This document shows positions 36,923 through 48,762 of a DNA stretch of 64,000 bases, piece after piece. The notes beneath the pieces are model-generated. The model saw only the letters and a list, made by a program, of their open reading frames with translations. It made no database searches and was not told the DNA's origin. Source of the stretch: Blepharisma stoltei ATCC 30299 (taxonomy: Eukaryota > Protista > Ciliophora); contig CBFDEM010000053.1 of NCBI GenBank assembly GCA_965603825.1, forward strand, positions 186,001 to 250,000, given 5' to 3'. A program made the position numbers and the translations under genes. The number at the start of each line of letters is the position of its first letter. Positions within the stretch are counted from its first letter, which is position 1.

Positions 36923-39900
36923 TTAAATTCTTAAAAAAGATGATCTTTTACTTGAATCTGGAGATCTTAGTGCTTTTATTGGGATAATATTTGAAATATT
37001 TTGCATTTTAACGAGTCTCTTTCTTTCTCATCTCAAAAATGGGATATAAAACCCAAAATATAGTATGATTGTAACAACAGCATAGATAGCAAGAGTAATG
37101 ATAATATAGCCTAGTTGTGTCTGTATTTGAGCTTGCGATTCATCATCAGCTAAGGAAATTAGAGTTTCATATTCATTGCTCAAATCAATAGAAGTAAATA
37201 CAAACTGAAATCATATTGAAAGCAGGTCTAACACACCTATATCTATAGAATAAGAAAGATAATAAGCATCAAAAGCCATCATGTCTCCAGCTGAATAAGC
37301 GCCATATGAAAGTACATTATTGCTCGAATTTATTTCTTCATAAAAATTTGATATATAATCAGAAGTTAAAAGTTTAACATAATCATGATCTCTCAGCTGC
37401 TTTTTCGAGTAATTTATTTGTGACATTATTTGCTTAAAGTTGATATTCGCATTTTTAAATGCGTAGTTTGATGGAAAATACATAACTAAAGATCTATTTA
37501 TTAATCCTGCAGAAATTTCACTTGATCAGGCAGCCAATCCTTTATGCAGCAATTGCATATTGATCAATTCCCTTATAAGTTTTGGTCTCAAAGAGAGCAA
37601 TTCTGTGCAGTTTTCATATAAATAAAGCAAATTGAATAAAAAGAAGAAAAAAGAAATTGCAAAATAGATTAGCACTTTTCAGCTGGATTTCCAGCGCTTT
37701 TTGAATTTTGCCTCCTTGCTCATTGAGCTAGTCGCTGAATTAGAATAAATACTCTCAATTTGCCCATGGATACTTGCAAGTCGATCTGAGCATGCTTGTC
37801 TTAAATCAAAGTAAAACTCGTATGCTTTTTGCTTGATATAGTTTCAGAAAATATTTTTCATCTTATCAATCGAAAAATAAAACGGAAGCATAGCAACAGT
37901 GCATACGCAAAGGACGCCAAATCCCAATCCTGACAGTAAATAAATTTTTGCTGCTAAATCATTTATATTTGATACTTCACAGTCAATCAGTTCATAAAGA
38001 GAGCTATTGCAATAGTGAAAAGCATTCCCAAAGCCATTTAGATAAAAAAATTTACCACTCTCGTCAATACTTTGTGAGGACTTAAAGTTTGCAATAAATT
38101 CATTTCCATGGTTAATAAACTCTTCCAAGGTATTCATAAGGTTCATCTTCTGCAGATAAATTCCATCATCAGTACTTCAAACATCGAGAAGAGACCCAAT
38201 AAAAATTTCTTGGCTATTGCATGATCTCCAGTTTGCTAGATTTGATGAGAGTTTTAGATGCATATCTTTAAGAACGTCGAGCTGCAAAACGAATTCTGAA
38301 GTAAACCGATTTATTAAGTCCTCAGGAAAAAGTCCATAACTTACTTGAAGGCTTCTTGCAAAATAGTCTATAAACAAGAAAGTTTTACCTAATTTCCCCA
38401 AAGTCAGAGGAATGCTTAAATCGCTGGCGGAGTTCACTTCTGCTGCTGTGTAAATTAAAACGACCAGATTAGTCACAAGCACAGCCGTCATCTAAATAAC
38501 GATTACAGAAATAATCAAAGTCCAATTGAAGATCTTAACAGATTTCGCAATTTTATCCATAATTCTCTTAAGTATCCTTTCATGGCTGAAGCTTGCAGAG
38601 CTGAGCGAATGTACAATTGATTTTTCATCTTCTCATTTATCAGTAGAGTTTTCTGAGATTTCGATAGTATCGCCTATGCTTGCTTGAGAGACGTCTTCTT
38701 GAGCCTTAATGCTGGTATATCGTCTTATTTTGGATTCTTGGATTGATCTGCTTCTCAAAGCTTCTATAGTTTCATCTGAAGTGAAAGAGATATTTACCCT
38801 CAAAGGGAGAGGAGAATCTAAATCCATTCTTTTGATTTTCCTTGATTCTTGGATTTCTTCAACTTCTCCATGCTTCCACGACTGTATTTCTATAGGATCA
38901 TTTATTAATAGCACGTAGCTCAGGTGAGTTGACCCAATAATTCGATAGCAAGAAATTAAATAAGTGTCTTGGCCTTGATTTGTAAGCTTATAAGGTACAA
39001 AAGGAAGTAAAATAATCCTACGCAAATCAGGAAAAAGGTTGGTCAGCTTCATGCCTTTCAATTCCGCTATCTTTCTTCCAGTGAATTTTGTGAATTGCAT
39101 AGAATATGCATAGATCTCTCCGCTGCTGTTAATCAATGCTATTTGATGAGTTGTAGGTCTTTCACGAAAAATGCATACCAGTGTGAGAGAGTGGGAAATT
39201 GAAGTAATTGAGACTCTTGCATTGCATTCAACGATATAATTATTAGGCATTTTTATATATATGCTAGTTGGGAGTTCTATTTCTGATCTATTTGACATAT
39301 GCAAGAAGTCATACATTTGCTTGTTGAAATCTTTATCAAATGGTTCAGGAATATACGATGAAATATCACTTCCTATCAAATTGTCAACGGATTGTTTGAG
39401 TATTGCTGCAGCTCTAGAGTTCGCATAATGAATTTTACCTAGTGTTTGTTTATCCCAAGACACTAGAATCACGCCATTATTTTCATCAAAAAAGCTCAGC
39501 TTCTTATGGTCTTTTACTGAGCTTGTTAGAACTTTTTCCAATGAGGCTCTTTTATTGTTGAGAAATGACGATCTTTCAGTTTCAAATAAAATATTTTGCA
39601 AAAATGTGGAATATAAGACTAAGGCTTCCTTGCTGCGAGGGAAATTAGTGATCAGGTAGAAATACTCAGAATGAAGGAACTCTAAGTTGTTCGAGATCAT
39701 GTGCAGCATACTGTCAAGTTTTTTTAGGTCTGGATCTAAAGAAACTAGTTCTCTTCAGAATTCTTTCAAAGCCATGCACATGTATTCATCTTCCTTTTTT
39801 GCTTTTTGGATTTTATATAAGTAATGCAAAAACTGCGCGTTGTCAGTTAAGCCATGATCTTCGAGAGATTTCTGACAGAGGTAAGATTGGTATGAAGATT

Positions 39901-41215
39901 CTAAATTAATATTAGACTCTTTTCCTTTGCCAAGCTTCACTTTTGCTAAGGACTCATCGACTAAATTAAAGATACAATAATTTGTTTCCCATATTGCAAG
40001 CAGCTTATTTTTGTAGAGTTTTGTGCCTAAATAGCACTTGGCAAAGATTTTTATAATTTTTTCTTTGTCTTCTATATCTTGCTTTATCAGTGTTGCTCTC
40101 AATATCATTTCGAGCTGATAAGCAGTTTCTAAAGATTGTAAACTCATTGAAACCTTTCTTCTGCGCTTTTCATATAAATCTCATGTCTCATGAATAATAA
40201 AGACACTTGATAAAGGAACAATAATTACTGATAATAAAACAATAGCCATTGCACTATCAATAATTCTTCCAAATAAGAACATAAATGATACCAAAAAAAT
40301 AATCCAAAATTTTGTTGAGGCAACACAGTTGCTAAATGGTGAAAAATAAGGCAAGTAACGAATGACTTGGACAATCATATAGCTTGAATATATTAATGAG
40401 ACTACTTGAAAATAAGTTGTGTGCTTAAAAGCAAAAGTCCCATATAAGATAGACATAACAAAGGTATATATAATAGTAATATACTCGATTTTGGAATGCG
40501 ATCGAGATTCCAATACTTTAGAAGCTACTGAATGCCGAATATCTCCTGAAAATATAGATGTGCATATAATAAAGAAGAATGATAAGATGATCAATGGTAC
40601 TGCCAAAACTGCTGCCACTACATGATGCTCAATATCTTTTAAAGATACTTTACTGTTGTACTCAGATATAAAATCTTCATTTGTCAATTTATATTTCAAA
40701 GCAAATGTAAGAATAATAATTGTTGGTATTAAAAATAAATTTGATCACAAATAAATACTGATTTTAAAAGCCCTAAGTATAATTTTTGGAACTCTAATAC
40801 AAAAATATATCAAAATTATAAGCATTATAGCGACTAAGATATTTGCCAGAATTATTACAATTGAAATATAAGTGCAAGCATCCATTATATCTAAAGCAGC
40901 GCATGAAGTATCGAGCCTTAAATATCCAATGTATTTTCATATCTTCATATGACCTTTCCAATTATAAATCGATAAATCAGGCATTCAAAGTAAGCTTGTC
41001 AATTGAGCACAGAAAACTAGGTTTACTATGACCACCTTAAGTTTCTCGTAGATTGAGGTATTTTCTTTTGGCGTTTTTATAAAATAAACAATTCTAAAGA
41101 GCTCAAAAAAAGAATTGGCTATGTCAGTAAAAAAATTAGCCTCCAACGGTGGTTTTGTATTATTTAAAGAATCCTCATTTTCTTCATTCTCGTTCCTATG
41201 ATTGTAAAAAGACAT
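36923..41215 (-). CDS. Multi-pass membrane protein with PAS domains (ciliate PAS-TM/TmcB-like family, ~1425 aa, 1 intron)
   Basis: Track ORFs join across TGAs and one intron; GKIHYANSRAAAILKQSVDNLIGSDISSYIPEPF is PAS-like; N- and C-terminal TM clusters. Confidence 0.85.
38492..38506 (-). other. 15-nt intron
   Basis: Reverse complement gtaatcgttatttag; removes in-frame TAG. Confidence 0.85.
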
Positions 41216-42103
41216 TTTGGATATATAATTAAGAAATAAAGAAAACTATTGATTTTCAATGAGACTTAAATTCAGGTATATCAATTTTAAAGTTTTTAAG
41301 AAATATAAAAATATTATATGGTGTGGAAGAGTTGATGGCAAATTAATTGGTTAATTAAGTCATAAATAAATTATCTAACTTTAAAAGAAAGAAAATTTTT
41401 GGTGAGCAATGGAAGATAAAGATTTGCTAAGCGTAAGATTTGTCCAGTAAATTATTTTAAATTATTATTTCGGGCTAGTTTTTTTTTGATTGTCATCTGA
41501 ATCGACTCTTCAGAACTTTATCAAACGAATTTTTGCCCTCATAGGGTTCATGATCTCTTCTGGCTCGACTTTGGGGATACAATAAATATGTGAAAATAGC
41601 TTTTACCTCCAACTATTTGATATTAAAAGTAAAACGTTAATTTGCTATTCTTGGATACCATTTTAAGATAATTTTTTTGTAGTTGCCACAAGTAGCTAAT
41701 CTTGAACGTAATAATAAGGGTAAAGAGAGCAAGTAAAAGAATTAATTAATTATATTGCATTGATATATAGCTTCGCTAATATATTACACAGTTTCATAAA
41801 ATATATCCTCTCTCTGCATATTTAGATTGAGATCACTCTGAGTGGCTTGAAATATTAATTTTCAATGCTTTGAATTCTAATTTCAGCTTATATTATGATC
41901 GTTTGAAATTTCTTAATTAGATATGCTAAGAGAACTAGTATATTATCTCATCATCAGATTTAAATTTATATATCATTAATAATAGCTCCAAATGATATTA
42001 AATTAACTTTTTTATATTTAATAGCCGTGTCTTATAAATTCAATTAAGTAATCGATATAAATTGTTAGTAATTAATATTGCAGAGATAAAATTATTATCA
42101 TTT

Positions 42104-43287
42104 TTATTGAGCGTCTTCCAGTCATTGTCGGATAATTTTAGCATGCTTTATTATGAATTGAATATCATTTTTTATCAAGCCTTTAATTTTCATTATTTCT
42201 GTCTTACTTTCTCTTTCATTCTCTTTTATTTTGTTTTTCAAATTTCCTATTTCATCATCAATAACTTCGATTTCTTCTTGTGATATAATAAATTCCCTTC
42301 TCAGTAAATCAATTTCTTCTTGAACATTTTCACACTCTTTCCCTAATTTTATCGAATCTAATTGTTCAATATTTTTGAGCTTTGCCAATTCTTCTTGCTT
42401 TTTTTGGAGCTCTTGATAAACAATTTCATTTTGTTCGGACAGAGTTTTATACTTATTTTCATATTCTAATTGGATTTTGTTTAAATTGCTGCAAACTAAT
42501 TCATCAACTGCTGGCGACATTAATTTCCTTTCCAAGGCATACCAACTATTTTTAATTTTAGTTTCCAATTTTCTCTTTTTTTCTCCTTCATTTCCAAATT
42601 GTTTTAGCTCAAGGTCAAACGATTTTTCAGAGTTTTGCAATTCCGCTTCCCTTTGCTTTAAAATCACGTCATAATTGCTTTGGAACTCTCTTTCTAAGTC
42701 CTTAATTTTCGCCTCATATGCTAATCTTCTTTTGTTATAATTTCTTGAGCTTTCTTCTTGCAACTCAGTTCACTCTATTGCAAAATCCAATCTTAATTCA
42801 TCGTTCAAAAATCGATCATAGTCTCGATAGCAAAAATCAGTAAAGAATTCATCAAAATCACCTAAGTCCCTTATTTCCTCAGACTGTGACGTACATTTGA
42901 GTTGGTTTACAATCCAATTTAATAATGATAGCAAATGTGGCCACCAATTTACCCCGCCAGTGAACATCTGATGAGATATGGCATAGGGGTAGCCAAGCCA
43001 TTTGAGAAAGTCAATTAAACCTCTCTCAGTTATTGATAAATAGCTTTCATCAGTTCTCGAACATATAAAGCGGGTGACTTGTCAAAATAATTTTAAGTCT
43101 GGGGTCAAAAGTAATTGCAATGATATTGGGAATGGAGATTCATTAAGGACAAGAAACTCTATTATATTTTTGCCACATAAATTTTGATACTCTTTGTCAT
43201 TCACATACTTGTTGTCTTTGGCTTTAAAAGCATTTACGCTTGAAGCTCCCTGTTTGTTCAATTTATCCTGATTCAATTTTTATCCAT
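42104..43287 (-). CDS. NDC80: Kinetochore protein NDC80/HEC1-like (short; start codon problematic)
   Basis: DKEYQNLC..IIEFL...FLKWLGYPYAIS..MFTGGVNWWPHLLSLLNWI matches the Ndc80 CH domain; coiled coil follows; TGAs at 43082, 42770, 42122. Confidence 0.8.
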
Positions 43288-43434
43288 TTTGCATATTTAG
43301 GTTATTTTTTCTATATTCCAGCAAATCAATAGTCAATACTGCTGAATAGGCTATGATTTTACTTTTATTAAAAAGTGATTGCCTTGGTGTTTGACATAAG
43401 AGAACTTTCCTTATGAAACTTTAAACTATGTAAA

Positions 43435-44400
43435 ATGGAGCTAATGGCGATCAAATCTCAGGATTCAATCATGACCCAAGAACAGAATGAGGAAGCAAAT
43501 CTGACACGAATAGAAGAGCCCAGCAGTGATTACATTTCCAGCAGAGGAAGCTCGAAAAAGTACATTGGTCTATTTGCAATATGATTCATCCTTATCATCG
43601 TCGAATTAATTGGAGGAATTTATTCAAACTCCCTTTCAATCTATGCCTTTGCTGGAGCATTACTATTTAATTTCGTTGGGATTTGCCTCACCACAGTTCT
43701 ATCTGGCACCGCTGAAAATGGAGACTCGTTATATATTACATATGGTTATCACAGGGTAGAGATAATTGGATCTCTTTTAAACGTTATCTTCATATGGATA
43801 CTAGTTTTTATTCTCACTTACAAAGGAATATTCAGAATTTGAAGAGACGAAATCAATGAAATCCACAATTTCACATGGATCGCTGTGATAGGACTTTTAG
43901 GTAATGTCATCATAAAGCTGCTCCAAAAAAAAGCTATTACGTTTCGCCCAAGTACAAGTTTTGATTTATGGCAAGGTGTGCTCGTCATCTTCACTTCTGT
44001 GCTTATCTTTCTTGACACAAAACTTAGCAGTGCTGACCCTATCTGCGCAATTATCATAGGTATCATGCTTTTGTATCTCACAATCCCTATTACTAAGGAG
44101 TGCATTGAAATCTTGATGGAGAAAGTGCCAAGAGAAATAGATATTAATGAACTTTATGAGGAACTAAAAGAAGTAAGATTTATTTAGATCACAGATGTCC
44201 TAGATGTTCATGATCTTCACGTTTGGAGCTTAACTTTCGGGAAATTTGCGATGACCTGCCATTTGGCTACGTTTAACCCAGAGCGAGTTCTGGGGGAAGC
44301 TTCAAAGATCTGCACAGAGAAATTTGATATATTGCATTTAACTATTCAAATCGAGACACCTGATGATAATTCAAAGTGTTTAAATCTATCATCCAGCTAA
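43435..44400 (+). CDS. Cation diffusion facilitator (ZnT-like) with degenerate metal site, 1 intron
   Basis: ELIGGIYSNSLS, TYGYHRVEIIGSLLN, ADPICA, ILMEKVP, DVHDLHVWSLT, HLTIQIE. Confidence 0.88.
44173..44187 (+). other. 15-nt intron
   Basis: gtaagatttatttag; removes in-frame TAG. Confidence 0.9.
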
Positions 44401-44581
44401 TAAATAAAATGTAATAGTGTCTATGATAAGGATTGAGTTAATTTAGTTATGGAATTATAAATTATTAGACTCGATAGGGACGAATTCGATATAGAAAATA
44501 GCATAAAAAATAAATGCAAATATAGCGATGCTCTGCTGCTAAAATTATTAAAGCATTTAGTTTTAAGGAAAAACTGCATTT

Positions 44582-45424
44582 TTAAAATAAAATACAGTCG
44601 CAACCTCTATCTTTGTCTTCTAAAGAATCTAACTTCAGTTTTGGAGGGATCGTTGAGATGAAATCTCCATCTTCATTTTCTCTGATACATAGCACTCTTA
44701 AAGTTTCTGTGTACAATTCTTCTATATCATTTTTTTCTTTTAGCTGCTCTTCACTTTCAATAAGATGTTGCTCGAGTATATCTTCTCTATCTGTATTTGA
44801 AACATTAAGCTTAAACTCAATTGTATACTCGAATTTTCGGTTTTCCCTTGAATGAATTTTATTAAAAAATGGTTTTTCAACAGCCTTCAAATAATGTATA
44901 TCTTCAATAACGCTCCAAAAATCAAACTCTTCTTCACCTACCAGTTCAGTATCCTCAAAAACTTTTATATTCGCATGATTCTTTAAATCAGTTTTGCAAG
45001 ATCATTCTTCTCCGATTGCTACTTTAATATTTTGATCATTAATAGTAATGAGAAGATTTTGCGATTCTCTTGCGTGCAATAATTTAAGATAAATTTCCGT
45101 TTCGCCAAATGATATTGTTTTAATTTTATTTAAAGTTTTGCGAATATCAATATTTTCTTGGAGAACAGAGGCTCGTCTTATTTTATAGTTTTCCTTTTCA
45201 TCCTTTTGAACCATAATTATTGCTGTAGTTTTTTCTGAAAATCGTTTGGATTTTTTATTAGAATCAAAAAGTAATTGAAGTAAGAGGCTGGTAACTTTTT
45301 CATTGCGGGTTGATTTTAGAAATCAAGAGTTATTTGGAAGTAAGCCACCTGGATGCTTTCTATTGCAATTCTCCAAAAGAACATTGAAAAGCTGCATGTG
45401 CTCACTTCTCTTTGTCTCCTCCAT
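44582..45424 (-). CDS. Hypothetical protein (~280 aa)
   Basis: Continuous frame from ATG 45424 when TGA=Trp; no domain recognised. Confidence 0.7.
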
Positions 45425-45468
45425 AGTGTTTTAGATATTACTTTGGACATATTTACTTGGGTTTAATA

Positions 45469-46068
45469 TTAAAACGGATTAGGGTTTATTTTTAGGTACT
45501 CTTCTTCATCTGGAGTTGATTGGCGCCCTAAAATTGGATTTCTATGAGGGTATCTTCCATATCTCACAATAAGATCTCTATGCATAATTTCAAATCTTGT
45601 AAACCCTTCCATTATTGGCTTAACATCTCCTCTTGCCTCTTCAACTAATCCATTCATGAGTCTAAGCATTAAATCGTGATGTTCCAGAAGCTCCGAATGC
45701 TCTAATGGCATATACAAAAACGATCTCTGGATTGGCCATAGCTGCTTATCGAAGCCCTTATTGATAGCATCTAAAGTAATAGCTTGAGCTTTAAGATCAC
45801 CTGCAAATGCAGCTGGTGTGCCTTTAAATATGCTTCGGGTTCATTGGTCAAGCAAAAGAATTAAGGCAAGAGTTCCTCTTGGAGTTTCTGTCCAATCATC
45901 ATGACGCCCTTCTAAAGCATTTTCCAGCTCATTGCCAACAAGATTTCTCATTTGCTCTGCAACTTCTGGAGGTGTTCTCCACCAAAAACTTCCAGTTTCT
46001 TTGATGTAATCAGTTTCACTCGTAAAGCCCCTGAATCAGAAATTAAGAATTTCTTCGCTTAATGCCAT
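45469..46068 (-). CDS. DUF924 family protein
   Basis: ILNF(W)F, LALILLLDQ..R..F.GT..AFAGD..A, FLYMPLEHSE, H..LI.RYGRYPHRN.ILGRQST.DE. Confidence 0.92.
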
Positions 46069-46289
46069 AGTATTTGTAATACTCATCCTAATTATCAATT
46101 TTGAGAGCATATCAAGATATTTTAATACATAATTTAATATTAGCTTGGTTTAAGCTTAAACTAATTACAATTTTTTATCTAGCGAAGACTATTTTTCAGT
46201 ATGGCTTAAGTTTTATTGGGCTTCAGATTTGCATTTAGCAATAATAGAGTTAAATTTAGTATAATCTAATCCCTTTTCTTATAGTTAGA

Positions 46290-46300
46290 TCCCGCCAAAA
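46290..46300. promoter_or_regulatory. Candidate E2F-type site upstream of thymidine kinase
   Basis: tcccgccaaaa (reverse TTTTGGCGGGA), a rare CG-containing motif in an AT-rich promoter ~155 bp before the TK ATG. Confidence 0.3.
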
Positions 46301-46455
46301 AGAATATAGAATGAATATTCATGGTTTTATATTTCAAACTAATGACTGGTAAAAATACAATATATTACCTTTCTAAAAATCATTAAAGAAGAAATAAGCC
46401 AAAATATCTTGATTGTTCACAATTTTAACTACTTCTTAGTCTCTTATATTTCAAA

Positions 46456-47076
46456 ATGGCAGATCCTTCTTACGCGCCAAATTACGACACCCCGGAAAAA
46501 CTACCGCACAAGTCCTCCAGAGGTAAAAAAGGCGAAATCCAAGTGATTTACGGGCCAATGTTTTCAGGAAAATCAACAGAGCTCCTCAGACGTATCAGAA
46601 GATATCGAGTGAGAAATGACTCATGCATCCTGCTCAAGACCAAAGACAACCGATATGCCAATGACGAAGACAAAGTGGTGACGCATGATTTATTTAACTT
46701 CTTGGATGCTTTTTCTTGTGACTCTCTTTATGAATCAGACGTTGTCTCGGATACTCATGATGTCATCGGCATCGACGAGGGACAGTTCTTCCCAGACATA
46801 ATTCCATTTGTAGAGGACATGGCAAATAGAGGCAAAATTGTAATTGTGGCTTGCTTGGACTCTGATTTCAGAAGGGAACCGTTTGGAACGATTTGTCAAC
46901 TGATTGCGAAAGCTGAAAGAGTTACGAAATTATGTAGCATTTGCCATTATTGTAAAGGAGACGCAGCGTTCACTGCAAGATTGAGCAGTGAGCAAGCCGT
47001 TAAAGTGATTGGAGGAGCTGATAAATACAAGCCTGTTTGCAGGACATGCTTTTTTTCTCATGGGCATGTGGTATAA
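46456..47076 (+). CDS. TK1: Thymidine kinase (TK1 type)
   Basis: GPMFSGKSTELLRR, IGIDEGQFF, LDSDFRREPFG, CHYC...GGADKYKPVCRTC. Confidence 0.96.
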   Translation: MADPSYAPNYDTPEKLPHKSSRGKKGEIQVIYGPMFSGKSTELLRRIRRYRVRNDSCILLKTKDNRYANDEDKVVTHDLFNFLDAFSCDSLYESDVVSDTHDVIGIDEGQFFPDIIPFVEDMANRGKIVIVACLDSDFRREPFGTICQLIAKAERVTKLCSICHYCKGDAAFTARLSSEQAVKVIGGADKYKPVCRTCFFSHGHVV

Positions 47077-47330
47077 TATAGGTAATGAAATTAATCAATT
47101 TATTTTCAAATTGCATTACAAATTCTTAAAAGTAAATTTATGCTTCTATTTTTTAACCTTATGCTCCAAAAAATACCAACAAAAATGCAGTAATTAATTA
47201 TTTAATTATTCTGCCTTTTGTTAATATTTTTTGATAAAATAACTTTAAAAAAGTCTTATCTACTTAAATAAATATGCCGTAAGAAAGAGTCAGCAAATAC
47301 CATATTCTTTTGTTATGGAAGAAAATAATT

Positions 47331-48707
47331 ATGGAAGTTGGTCAAGTGATAAACAAGAAATATATCATAAGGAAGCATATTGGGAGCGGATCATTTGGAA
47401 AAGTGTTCAAAGGGAGAGACACATTAACTGGAAAAGCTGTAGCAATTAAGAGCGAAGACCTCCATTGTAGATTTCCAAAACTCATCCCAGAAGCAAACTT
47501 CCTAAATTCTTTGAAAAATGGAACTGGTATCCCTGCGCTCCACTTTCATGGCTCAAATGGCACTTGCAACTATCTGGTTATGGAACTTCTGGGCCGGTCT
47601 TTGGACAAAATTTTTAAATTCTGTCATGGAGTATTTAGTTTAAAAACTATGTTGATTTTGGCTCATCAAATGATTGAGAGAATTAAGTTTGTCCATAAGA
47701 AAGGAATTGTACATAGAGATATCAAGCCACAAAATTTTGCGATTGGTCTAAGAGAAAATAGTAACAAAGTCTATCTCATTGATTTTGGGCTTGCAAAGCG
47801 ATTTATGGATGAGAAAACTCATAAGCATGTAGAGTATAAAGAAAACAGAGGGCTAGTAGGAACTCTTTGGTATATTTCTATTAATACACATTTGGGAATA
47901 GAGTACAGTAGAAGAGATGATTTAGAAAGTATTGGATATTTGCTTAGCTATTTCATGCAAGGCTACTTACCATGGCAAACTAATGATACTTTGTTAATGA
48001 GCGTGGATTGTTGCACAATTCTCGAAAAAAAGCAGACCACACGACTTGAAGAGCTTTACTACGGATATCCGAATGAGTTTGTTCGATTTATGATGCACAT
48101 TAAAGGGCTGAGATTTGATGAAAAACCGAACTATAAATACTTAAAAGGGCTTATAGAGAATATTGCTTCAAGAGAAGGTATCAATTTGAATGATCGAATT
48201 GGCTGAGATGAAACCACAAGAAGTGCTACACCGAAGCCAGATGCTGAAAGAAAGGGTTTTAGAAAAAAAAAAGTTATCCATAGAGTAAGGTCTGCTCAGC
48301 TAGATAATGGCCGGGGCTCTCAAAACTCTAATGGTAAAAATTCTGAAAAGAATGAATCAACAAAATTAACCCCAGTGCTGCATGACTATAGAGGACCAAT
48401 TTTTGAAAACAAAGAAATCATTATGCTTGAGCGAGTTAAGACTCTTGGAGCTGGTACAGAATTTGATAGTGCCTCAGATACCAACTCTCGCGAGATATTC
48501 GGACTTATAGAAAAAGATTGTGGCTCAGTAGAAAAGACAAGATCTTTTGAAAGAGATCCAGCATACAAAATCACACCTGTCTTGGAAGACTACAAAGGGC
48601 CTGCTTTTAAAGATAAACACACAATAATGATCAAGAGAAAAAAAGAATTTCCCAAAATATCTATTGATTTTGCTAGCAGCAATGAATCAAATGATAGCAA
48701 TTCATAA
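47331..48707 (+). CDS. Casein kinase 1 family kinase with repeated C-terminal tail
   Basis: IGSGSFG, LVMELLGRSL, HRDIKPQNF, IDFGLAK, SINTHLG.E.SRRDDLES; TGA 48204 read through to TAA 48705-48707. Confidence 0.92.
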
Positions 48708-48762
48708 TTTCAACTGGCTTTATAAATAACTGATAAAAATACTTAATAAAAATTAAAACTAT

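Noticed and set aside
45469-46068. DUF924 as a recent bacterial horizontal transfer
   Set aside because: Uses host TGA=Trp codons and host-like composition; the family also occurs in other eukaryotes; needs a phylogeny
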